Assembly (NCBI GenBank): GCA_964019335.1
Contig: OZ025696.1
Coordinates: 310,001-374,000 of the forward strand
Length of the DNA stretch: 64,000 nucleotides
Reading direction: 5' to 3'
From: Diplonema japonicum
Taxonomy: Eukaryota; Protista; Euglenozoa: Diplonemea
Positions 19,927 to 30,709 of the stretch are shown one piece after another (within the stretch, counting starts at the first letter, position 1; the number at the start of each line of letters is the position of its first letter). The notes below the pieces were generated by a model, which did no database searches, was not told the origin of the DNA, and saw nothing but the letters and a program-made list of their open reading frames with translations. A program made the translations under genes and the position numbers.

Positions 19927-22529
19927 TCACATTCGAAATAACGTATTACCCCTTCTCAGCCTTGAAGGCCGCAGTTCATCGAGTTCCACCTGCGCAATGT
20001 TCACATGAGGCGCCATGGCAGCATGTTTCAGGCTCGCGAAGTTCGCAGACGGCCGAGAGCAAGTACCCGAGCTACTTAAATAACGTCTGCCAGTCGATGT
20101 AGTGAGGCTAGTTGTCACAAGAGGGAAAACAAGCGTGGTAGAGGAGGCTAAGGAGATCGGCGGCAGACCTTCCACAACAACGGGAGGGTTCCAGACCCCC
20201 TCCTGCATGTTCCTCCTGCGCCTCGTAACGAAGATGAATACCTCGGTGCAGACATCCACAGCACCTCTAGCAAGCAACACATACGAAGTAATCATGAGAA
20301 GGTTACAGCAGCACCGAATGCAGCGTGCCCCATATTCTCAGCATAGAACCCAATGCTCATGAACACACATGCGGCCGACTGCGTTCCGTTCATCACAAAG
20401 TCCAAGACGCAGTCTCGGGACCTGTGATGGGGCCAAAACCTCACTTCGACAACCAGAAGGATCAAGAATATCAATGATTGGGCCAGACGGACATGGCCGC
20501 AAGCGATGTAATCCTCTGTTTTGAGCGCAGACGTGCAGGCCAAGCTGAAGGAAGACGCAAGTCTATGAACGAGAACCACACGTGCTCCTCCCGGTAGGTT
20601 TTCATCACCGACGCGTACTTTTGGACAAAATGGTTGTCCCTCCTTCGCGACACCCACTCACCACCTCCACACATTGCCGTGTACACACGACCTCTAGCAT
20701 CATTCATGTAAAAGGCATTTAACGGTACGTTGTGTCTTAGGTTCTTTACAACATAGAACGGGACCCCGAAGCAGACGAGGACGGTGGAGAGGCCCAGAGC
20801 AAGGTGCGCCGCGGCCTTTTTGGGTAGAACATCAGCATCATGCCCGACAGGGATGTGCCTTGGTACAACCATTGGAACACGAACAACGGGGCGGACGGGA
20901 ACCTTAGAAAGCCCTCTGGATCCCCTGCTGCAAGCCTTTCCACCACCCCGGGGCATGCCAGCCACAGAGCCTTCGCAACTGTCCACATCAATATCGTGAA
21001 CCCTGCCATGATGGCGCAGTCCCCACCATCGCCCCCGCCGTTTCGCTGCCCCCTATGGTGAGACCTGTCGGGTGGAAGAACCACGGCAGCTTCCGCTCCT
21101 TCTCACCGATAAAACACGAGTTGCTAATGAGCGCCAGCCTCATCGCCGTGCCTGCAGCGGCCCCTGCACCTGCCCCTGCTGCAATCGCAGCTCCACCGCT
21201 GATCCTGATATCCTCGATTTCTTTCGCGTGGTCCACCCCGACCTCAGGCATACCTGGGGAAAGGGTTGGGGCCATTGTCGGAGGAACATGTGACGGAAGA
21301 GATGTTGGTGGGTGTGACGTAGCAGGGCCCTGCGAAGGTAATGCTGTCGGTGGAAAAGCAGTTGGAGTGATAGGGAGGGGAGTAACAGGTGCTTGAGTAT
21401 CGGGTGTTAGTGTGTCAGGTGCTGGTGTAACAGGTGCTGTGGTATCAGGTGCTGGTGTAATAGGTACTGGTGCGTCGGTGTCGGGTACAGGTGAAATAGG
21501 TGCAGGTGTGTCGGGTGCTGGAGTATCGGGTGCTAGAGTAACAGGTGCTGGTGTAATAGGTGCTGGTGTGTCGGGTGCTGTGGTATCGGGTGTTGGCGTA
21601 ATAGGTACTGGTGTGTCGGGTGCTGGTGTTATGGGTACTGCGGTATCAGGTGCTGGTGTGTCGGGTGCAGGTGAAATAGGTGCAGGTGTGTCGGGTGCTG
21701 TGGTATCAGGTGCTGGAGTAATAGGTGCTGGTGTGTCGGGTGCCAGTGTTATGGGTACTGCGGTATCAGGTGCTGGTGTGTCGGGTACAGGTGAAATAGG
21801 TGCAGGTGTGTCGGGTGCGGTGGTATCAGGTGCTGGAGTAATAGGTGCAGGTGTGTCGGGTGCCAGTGTTATGGGTGCTGTGGTATCAGGTGCTGGAGTA
21901 ATAGGCACTGGTGTGTCGGGTGCTGGTGTTATGGGTACTGCGGTATCAGGTGCTGGTGTGTCGGGTACAGGTGATATAGGTGCTGGTGTGTCGGGTGCTG
22001 GAGTAATAGGTGCTGTGGTATCAGGTGCTGGTGCAATTGGTGCAGGTGTGTCGGGTGCTAGTGTTATGGGTGCTGTGGTATCAGGTGCTGTGGTATCAGG
22101 TGCTGGAGTAATAGGTGCAGGTGTAATGGGTACTGTGGTATCAGGTGCTGGTGTAATGGGTGCTGTGGTATCGGGCGCTGGAGTAATTGGTACTGGTGTG
22201 TCGGGTGCTGGTGTATCAGGTGCTGTGGTATCAGGTGCTGGCGTAATTGGTGCTGGTGTGTCGGGTGCTGGTGTAATAGGTGCTGGAGTGGACGGAGCAG
22301 GGGTTGCTGGTGACGACGTCGGAGGTACCACCGCAGGAGGGGCGGGGGTGACACCCGGCTTATTCGGGCACCAAGCCTCCAGCCCAGTGCACGATGCCTG
22401 CGGCTTGGCCTCGCACCCCAGCAAAGTATAGCAAGGCTTCAACTGCGTCATGCAGTCGTTGCACTCGGCCACTGTCTGCCCTGTGCTGTTGACCGCCATG
22501 GCGAACAGCAGCAACAGTACGCACAGCAT
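19927..22529 (-). CDS. Surface protein: signal peptide, Cys-rich head, TPAPD mucin stalk, multi-TM C-terminal domain (four apparent frameshifts)
   Basis: ORFs 20988-22622, 20746-21084, 20471-20986, 20292-20657 and 19927-20295 join into one protein if one base is restored at each junction. ATG at 22529 (MLCVLLL). Confidence 0.7.
21390..22290. repeat. Coding 15-bp minisatellite (TPAPD/TTAPI)
   Basis: About 60 imperfect pentapeptide repeats. Confidence 0.9.
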
Positions 22530-22681
22530 GTTACCTGCGAGGTGTAAGAACGTAGCAGTACTTGTGTTACAAGAAATGTGAATAAAAGGGCACGCACATT
22601 CAGCATCCGATTGATGACACAATAACGGTAAAGGGTACTAAAGAAAGAGGAGTGGGGACGAGGTGAAACAAAAATTGGTCG

Positions 22682-22723
<42 letters not shown>

Positions 22724-23184
22724 GAAAACGAAAAAAAACGTTATGTGTTTTCAATATTTTCTTCTTTTTTTCTTCAACAGATCCTTACCTCCCCCAGTTA
22801 CATCTTTATGCTGCTTTATACATTATGAATATTGCATCTTTCTTAATATGACACAGCGATGATGGGAAGAAGCACAAGGGCTTATGGAAAAAGGAAATGA
22901 AAAACGAGAGAAGGTCATTTTGGGGAAAAGGGACGAAAACAAAGAAATCACCGCGGGAGATTGTAAAGAAACGAAACAAACAAACAAAAAAGAAGAAGAA
23001 GAAAAACGAATAATCCGTTATGAGAGTCGCCTGGTTTCCGCAGCTCTTCATTCTTCTTCCATCTTTCTTCTCTTCACGTCATATTCGCTATTCTTCTCTA
23101 TTCCGCTTTCACGTCACACCATGTAAATATTGAATTGATACAAAAAAATAAGGTTTACCAAATCTCCTTAAGCTACATTCATTA

Positions 23185-26100
23185 TCAAGCAGACTGGTAC
23201 AGCTCCAAGGTGTACCCATTACGGGTGAAGTCGGTGGGGGTACCGAGGACCCTGTCAGCAGTCTGGGAGCGGACGCCGCCAGTGACCGCGAGGGGCCAGC
23301 AGGTGTTCTGGGAGGGTTGGAAGACCCACGCCTTGCAGTCCTTGTCATCGGAGCAGGTTTTGCAGCAGGTCGCCTGGTCGCACTGCAGCCCATTGGGGTA
23401 GGACGGGGACCTCACCCCTGCCCCCGCATCCGTGTCCATCGCCACCAAGCAGTTCTTCCCAACGAGGGTCTGCTTCGCTGCCTCTGCAGTGGCGTTCGCG
23501 AACAGTGCGTTGAAGCTCCCCACAAGGCTCTGGAACCTCGCGATGTCCTTCCCCGCCGTGTACGAGAAGGTGTCCGCCATCGACCCCACACGCAGCATCG
23601 GTGACCCGTTGGGGTCCACCTGCTGTGCCCCAGGGGTCGTCCTCGTCTCGTCCAGGTTCCTCTTCGCAAAGTGTCCCCTCCTCATCTTTCCCTTGAAGCC
23701 GCTGAGGTCAGGGGTGCTCCCTCCCGCGAAGTCCACTTGGAACACCACAGTCGTGGTGACGGGTGCAGGCCTCCCCTCCACCCTCACCGTCATGCTCTCC
23801 CCATCGTAAGACCAGGTTCCCACACCTCCCCACCTGCTGAAAGCGTAAGCCTGCCCCCCGACCTTCACGCTCGTCGGAGGCATCGAGTTCACAATCTTGA
23901 GCACCGCTGCCCTGCTGCTCGGCTGCCCCGGGAACGTCCCCGTCGTGTTCGTCGAGAACAGCATCTGCGTCCCGCTCCTGGTGTACGCTGCATTCACCCA
24001 TCCCGACTTCCCCTGTGGTTTTGTGTTTGAGGGGGAGTTTTTTCTTTTCTTTTTTGTGTCACACCTGAAGGTAGTCGTAGGTACCACCGTCGTCCTCGTA
24101 CACAGCGGCCTTTCCAGATGTGGCCCCAGGGAACACCTGTGTGTTTTGTGTTATAGTTCAAATTTTTCTCTATTCTCATTATTCTTGTTCCGTTTCCATA
24201 CACTGAACTCAAGGACGTTGTAAGGGTCAGCGGCCCTCCCGATGGAGTTCCCTGTGGAGATGGGGATGGTGGTGATGATGGCCCCCGCCCTCACGTACAG
24301 AGGGATCTCCCAGTTTGCGAACTTCTTGTCCATGAGCTGAGGACCTGTGTAGCTGCGCCCGCTGTGCCACTCCACCCAGGAACCAGGGGGCAGCCACACC
24401 TTCTGTGGGGTCACCCCACACGGTTCCTCCAGTGGCATCCTCGTCGAGGTGCACCCTGCACTGCTCGTCACAGGGGCCGCAAGGATGTCCTCCCCGAACA
24501 TGTATTGTCTTGTCGTTGGCTCTTGCCCGAGGTCCTTGTCCATCGAGACAGGGTACGCCATCGCCTCAGAGGGGTAGTGGTAGTACATCGGGCGGATGAG
24601 CCCAACCCCGCTCTCAAAAGCCTTCTTCGTGTGGGTGTAGATGTATGGGACAAGCCCTGCCCTCAGGGTCAGCGCCTCACGGTTCATTTCCTCGTAGGCA
24701 CGCGGGACGTTGTAAGGGCGCACATTCCAGCAGTCAGTTGTTGCAGTGGGCCACTGCTTGCAGCCACCTGCTGACCCACCCCTGTCGTGTGAGCGCATGA
24801 TCCCACTCACGGAACCAAGCTGGATCCACCTCACGAACATCTCATGGTCGTCACCAGGTCCCACAATGTCGTGTGACCAGTAGCCCCAACCAACGTTCAC
24901 TGCCGTCGCTGTGAAGTAGGCCTGGTAGGCCAAATTGAACCAGGTCAAACCTGCGACGTCACCGCTGAAGCCGTGCTGGTAGCGGTGGTTCCCGAGCCCG
25001 CCCCACCTGGCATGGACCACACCACGCTTGTTCGTGCACTTCCCGTTCTGCACGCAGCGTCTCTTCGGGTCCGTCACACGCATCTTGTCCGTCCAGATAG
25101 TGGGGTTCATCTTCAACCTGGGGTCCTGCCCAGTGCCACCAGCGGACTCTCCCTGCTGCCAGTCGATCCACCAGAAGTCCATCCCATCCTCCTCAATAGG
25201 CTGCACGATCACATCCTCCAGCACATTGACGTAGGACTTGTTCACAAGGGTGAAGGGGATCCCCTTCGGGCCCCCAGGGTTGCTCGGGTTCAGTCCCAGG
25301 GCAGTGCAAGCCTCCAGGTACCTGTCCTCCCACTTCCCGATCCCAGTGGCATCGTGAAGGTTTGCCGCCACAAGGAGGCCCTTCTGGTGGAAGTAGTCCA
25401 TCGTGTCCTGTGGGACCTGGTACAGGTTGGGGTCCCACGAGTAGCCAGACCAGTCATCCTTCTTGTGCCAGTTCATGTCCAGCACCATCACGTCCAGCGG
25501 CATACCGTGGCGCTCGTACTCCCCAACGATATCGCGGACGTCCTTGTTCGCAAAGTCGTACCACCTTGTGAACCACACCCCGTGGTTGTTGCGGGGGAAG
25601 ATGGGGATGTGTCCACCGATCTGCGTGTAGTCGCGAAGGGCCGTCATGTAATCGTGGGAGTAGGCGAGGAGGTACAGGTCCTCAGTGTCAGCGTTCTTCA
25701 ACATCTTCCCACTGTCGTCGGTCCACCAGTCGTCCCCATCCATGCAGGGAACGTCGGTGTCGTCCACCAAAGCCCATCCGTTCTTGCTCACGAGACCCCA
25801 CTCGCAGTGTTCCATCTTTGTAGTCGAGCAGTCAAGTGTCCCGTTCTGCTGCCCGTCGAGGGTGCGGAAGGTCCCCCTGAGGTTTCCCTTGTCAGTCGCA
25901 CTGGTCTGTCCGTAGGTCCATGTTGTGAAGGTGCTGCTCCCAACGGGCTCCACCTTGAAAACGGAGGCTGTCTTGAAGTCGCCGCTCCCAGCGGTGTAGG
26001 TGAGCTTCGCCCTCGCCGTGGTGATGGTGACCGTCCCGCCCACGTTGCTCTGCGTGAACTGCGGTACAGGGGTCTTCCTGTTCACCACTGCCAGGGTCGG

Positions 26101-26295
26101 CCTGTCCTCGAACGCCCCGCTCTCGCTGTACTCCATTCGGAGAAGCCCGTCAGCCAGCACAGTGAACCGCGCCTTCCCCGCCACCACAGTCGCAGCCACC
26201 TCCGCCACAGAGTCGTACGGGTACAGCTCGTACTTCATCACGCTAGCTTGCGCCAGCACACACACAGCGAGCGCCGCTGCTACACGGCACTGCAT
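23185..26295 (-). CDS. Secreted GH31 alpha-glycosidase (GH31_u1-like) with C-terminal PAN/apple-like domain, copy 1; exons 26295-24202, 24136-24065, 24012-23185
   Basis: Signal peptide MQCRVAAAL; LDMNWH, nucleophile WWIDWQQ, RWGGLGNHRY.GFSGD acid/base, WSHDI, QYMFG, IPLYVRAGAI. Two GT-AG introns (65 and 52 bp) restore VYEDDG in frame; CC..C....C.AWV..C.P tail. Confidence 0.9.
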
Positions 26296-26569
26296 CTTCA
26301 AATGTCTTTGCTGTGGTTTAGTTCCCCTTCTCTTCACTTGTTTCCTGTGCGAGGATAAAATACTCACTAGAAATGTTCTTGCAATCTCAAAGAAAGTGTG
26401 AAAGAAACTGAACACGAAAACATGGCTGAGACATGTTACAAGCGGATTCTTCTTCCCAAATAGAAAGAAAAATTGAAGCAGCGCGAGCCGAAGCTCTATC
26501 AAGATTAGTAGCAGGCATTTCATGAACGTGGTTTACATCAGCACACTGGAAAGCATGCCACAATCACGA

Positions 26570-28261
26570 TCACAACACAGTGGTGGGACAAGGAACCTCC
26601 TTCACAATCGCCTCCTTCAAAGACAACACAGCTGCCTGTACAGAGTGACGATGATGACCATTGTGCAGTGGGATGTCCGCAGCCTTCAGTGCCCCTTCCC
26701 ACTCCCCATCCAGATACATCACACCTGCCGCATTGTACCTCTCCCATGCATCCTCAGACACCTGGTACAGCCACTCTGTGTCGTGCTGGCTGAGCTTCAT
26801 CTCAGGAAGGCGAAGAACCTCAAACACACGAAGGGGTGTGTCCCTGCCCCGAACAGTGACCTCAGAAAGGACGAGTTTTGCCTCATAAACGAACGCAAGT
26901 TCATTCCTCACAGACAGGTCACACGTCACCCCATGGCCGCAGTGCCTGCCGTACCTCTCCAGCAGTGTCGCTGTCACTGCCACCTGCCCAACGATCCCGA
27001 ACAGCTTCAGCTCACTGTTCCCAATGGGGCCGCAGTGCGCACTCCCACTCGCCAGAGAAGACGACACACGAAGCCTCCCGTCCACTTCCATCAGTGCATC
27101 GGCCGCCTTCCGCCCATGACTCACACACCTCTTCGCTGCATTGAAGGAGGCATGTGCATGATCCCCGACCACAACTCCCACAACACCACCGTTTGTTTTC
27201 ACAGCCTGCAGCACAGTCGTCATGAAGTCCCTGTATGTCTGGGTGAAGGAATCAATGTTGTTTTCCACAGCGGTGTGAGACCCGAGCATGTTCGTCACTG
27301 TGTATGTCACAGCCTTCTTGAAGTTCAGGTGCTCCAGTATGCCGATAACTTGTGCCTCTTCAAACAAGCTGTTGTCTGTTGAGGGGAGGCTGCGGTCACA
27401 GCTGTGACGATCCAGACTCTTCGGTGAACCAACAACATCACTGTCACTGCTATTATCACAACCATACTGAAAACAGGACTGCGGGAGGTAAGGGCGATAG
27501 ACATGGAGGTTTGCAAGGATGCTGTCGAAGGCACTGTGCAGAGGGGGTGGGAGGGGGGTGTCGGAGAGGGTTGAAGCCGCCGCTTCAAGGTCGAACTTGG
27601 AGAGGTACTCTGCAGTCCGTTCAGAAGCGGTGATCACGTTCTGCATCGATTGGCGCTCCTTCTGAAGATCCCTGGCAAAACCATGCGTGAAGTAGAAGTC
27701 AAGTAAGAAAAGGAGTCCTATGCCGAAGGTGCTTAAGGCGCTACTCAGCTTAAGACGGCACGGGTGGCCTGATTCACAATTGCACGGTTCTGCCCTGTCT
27801 TCTTGAGGTATCGATGGGAAGTGAGCTTCAATGAGGCCGAAGCGGAGCCATTCCTCAGCGCTTGCAAGGGCCAGCCATATGATGAACATGATGATGAGGT
27901 TCCTGTGCACACGTGGGGCCATGTTGAGTACAAGTGAGATGTCGAGTACAACGATGATAGCAGGCCACATGCGAGAACTTTTTACTGCCATCGCCATGAG
28001 GTCATACGAAAAAATGACAGGAGCTGAAAAATACAGCCAGCACTCCACAGCCTTGTACCGTATCCTCCTCTCTACCAGCAGCTGTATAAACATGCCTGCA
28101 GATGTGCAAGATAGCGCGACGAACAATATATTTAAGGGTAGTTGTGAAAGGAGGACGATATTGACGAGGTTGATAGCTATTGTTATCAATAACACCTTCT
28201 TCCTGAATACTTCGAACGAGTTATCCTCCGGTAACAGCACCCTTTGCAGCACACAAGACAT
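26570..28261 (-). CDS. Receptor-type cyclase-like protein, copy C
   Basis: Paralogue of copies A/B; ATG at 28261. Confidence 0.75.
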   Translation of the reverse strand: MSCVLQRVLLPEDNSFEVFRKKVLLITIAINLVNIVLLSQLPLNILFVALSCTSAGMFIQLLVERRIRYKAVECWLYFSAPVIFSYDLMAMAVKSSRMWPAIIVVLDISLVLNMAPRVHRNLIIMFIIWLALASAEEWLRFGLIEAHFPSIPQEDRAEPCNCESGHPCRLKLSSALSTFGIGLLFLLDFYFTHGFARDLQKERQSMQNVITASERTAEYLSKFDLEAAASTLSDTPLPPPLHSAFDSILANLHVYRPYLPQSCFQYGCDNSSDSDVVGSPKSLDRHSCDRSLPSTDNSLFEEAQVIGILEHLNFKKAVTYTVTNMLGSHTAVENNIDSFTQTYRDFMTTVLQAVKTNGGVVGVVVGDHAHASFNAAKRCVSHGRKAADALMEVDGRLRVSSSLASGSAHCGPIGNSELKLFGIVGQVAVTATLLERYGRHCGHGVTCDLSVRNELAFVYEAKLVLSEVTVRGRDTPLRVFEVLRLPEMKLSQHDTEWLYQVSEDAWERYNAAGVMYLDGEWEGALKAADIPLHNGHHRHSVQAAVLSLKEAIVKEVPCPTTVL

Positions 28262-29059
28262 TTCAGTATCAGGGGAGAGGGTGGTGGTGGTGGTGCTTGT
28301 TCTAAAGGAGTGGTTATCTGACGACCGCAAACAAAACAAAAAAAAAAAAAAATGCTTCTAACGTAACTATGATGACGTGTAACCCGTTCTACCAGCGAAC
28401 ACACCCACTAGTAACGCAGAAAAGGAATCGGCCTTTTCGAAGTTCTCTTCTTCAGAAGTTCTGTCTACCTTTCACCGATCTTTTCATTTCGTTTCACACC
28501 ACCGAGAGCGTCGGAACGTTATTGAATGTTCGTCATCGTGCCTTCTCTTCAGGTCCCTTTGCAGCCAAGTGCGTGCTGTTGTAGTTTTCCTTATTTCTCG
28601 CGGCTTTGTGTACTATCCGATCTTGTGTAGTTGTTCATTTTCTTTTTTTTTCCCCTTTTTTTTTAAACTTTTAATGTTCTTGAAAAAGAAAAAAAAAAGT
28701 TTTTAAATAATTTCCGGGAAGCCACCGAGCTAAGCGGTCATCAGTTAAGAAAAAAAAAAAGAAAAGAAAAAAGGAAAAAAAAAAAAAAGAAGAAAAAAAA
28801 AAGAAAAGAAAAAACGTTGTTTTGTTATGTTTTTATCTTTTCTTTCTTTAAGATGCGCAGTGCGATATGGTTAAAAAAAAAACGAGAACAAACAATTGAC
28901 GACAGTGACGAACAAGGTTCGAGCGAAGAAACCAAAAGCGAGTTTTACCATATTATTTTTAAAGCCAGCGAACGTTTTGAATATGATGAAAAAGAACCTT
29001 TTTGTCAACACACTAAAAGTGGAATATATTCGATGTCGAAAGTGAGGAGGAGGGGTCGC

Positions 29060-29091
<32 letters not shown>

Positions 29092-29329
29092 AAAATCCTT
29101 GCTGCTAGCCCCCATGCCACACAATATTGATACACAAAAGAAAAAAAGAAAAATACTTTTGACCAACAGTGAGCGCCCCCATGCACACTTAAATTTTATC
29201 GAGTTTAAGCTGACTGAGGCTCCAGTAAAAGAGGAACTGGCCGTTGTTTGTACATGCTGGGTAAAACCTGGAGAAGTAAACCCGAAACACGTTGCTAAAT
29301 ACGAGTCAAAAAACTCGTTCCTGCAAAAA

Positions 29330-30085
29330 TAATAACTATTGATTTATGAAAAATCCTCGCTTCGCTCGTGAAAATCAGATTCCGAGGGACAGATTATCAG
29401 CCAAGGGAAAGAGTAAAGTCCACTTTAATTCATGAATACGTAATTTTATTTATTTTCTGGTTCCCGATGGTACTCCCAAACCCCCCAAAGTCAGGAAGCC
29501 CAGGATTTATGAAGGATTCATTAAGACAGGGGGTTGCTTGCACTGCTCGTCCACGCCTTCAGCATGGCAGTCAACCTGGGCAATCAAAAAAAAAGTCTTA
29601 CAGTTTTGTGCTTATGCTTCATGGTATGGTTCAGGCGGCTATAAAGGGACCAGAGGCTCGACGGCTTAGCCCTCCTTTGTACAGGGCATCGAACTACGTT
29701 ATCATGTCAGCCTCCCTGGGCTTTCTGGTGCGGATGCGGCTGAACTCGATGAACTCCCTGAGGAACCTGGGTGCACCAGCGATGCATGGCCCTGTTCTCA
29801 TCCACCCAAACAGCTCCTTACTTAGGGGCTGCGAGCGATGCTCTTACTGCAGATGCCATCACAGCCAACACCAGGATGCAACAGCAGAATGGTGACAGGC
29901 ACGTGTAGGATCCCCTGTCCACGGTGGGCACCAACCATGGCACAAATACCGCAAAGTTTTGTTGATTTTTCGGCCTCTTTTCTTTGAAGCCCCATTTTCA
30001 CAAATCTGCTTAAAACATGAGGAAAAAAAATAAAGTACTTATTTTCCCTAGGGAAATAATGAAAACTTTATTTTCCCGGCTCTAG
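29330..30085 (-). mobile_element. Degenerate Crypton-like tyrosine-recombinase element
   Basis: Minus strand ~29765-29550 reads REFIEF..KPREADMIT*FDALY../KPSSLWSLYSRLNHTMKHKH..*LPRLTAMLKAW, matching the N-terminal domain of Crypton-type recombinases as I recall it. Flanked by CTCGCTTCGCTCGTGAAAATC (~29356) and AAAATAAAGTACTTATTTT (~30027). Confidence 0.6.
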
Positions 30086-30709
30086 CCAAAATTCCTTTAG
30101 AGGGAATCCAGAAAATAAGTAAAATAGAATAAAGAAGTGTCTTGAACGCAACAGTACTTGCGTTACAAGAACCGTGAAACAAAAAAAAAAGGGGGGGCAC
30201 GCACCTTCTGCATCCGATTGATGCACAATAATGGTAGAGGGAGTAGGGGACGGGGTGAAACAAAAACGAATACAATTTCTATATTTTCTTCTTTTTCTAC
30301 AGTAACAATGAATTATTGCTTCTCCTAGACACATCGATGATGGGAAGAAGCACAAGGTCTCATGGAAAAAGGAAATGAAAAACGAGAGAAGGTCATTTCG
30401 GGGGGGGAGAAAGGGGAGGAACCCAAAGAATTCACCGCGGGAGATAGAAAAAGAATATATATGAGTTCAAGGAAGTCTTCAACACCCCCTTTGTTCTCAT
30501 CCAAAGAAACGAAACAAACAAAAAAAGAATTCTTTATGACTATATGACTTTGTAGTTCGCACGAACAAAAAAAAGGTTTTTTGCTCGGCGCAAGTAGCAT
30601 ATTTTGTAACAAAAAGAATAGAATGAATTGTCCTTTTTTTTGTTTTATGTTCTCCACATCATCATGTTATGTTATCTCGCCACACTATGAAATCGGGACA
30701 CATCCATTA

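Noticed and set aside
11880-22290. CRISPR-like or non-coding arrays in the 15-bp repeats
   Set aside because: They are in-frame coding mucin repeats with no unique spacers; eukaryotic context, no cas genes.
26296-26523. 76-aa N-terminal extension of the GH31 ORFs
   Set aside because: A clean signal peptide starts at MQCRVAA, and the fragment at 40874 shares only that start plus ~60 nt upstream, so the extension is probably UTR/spacer.
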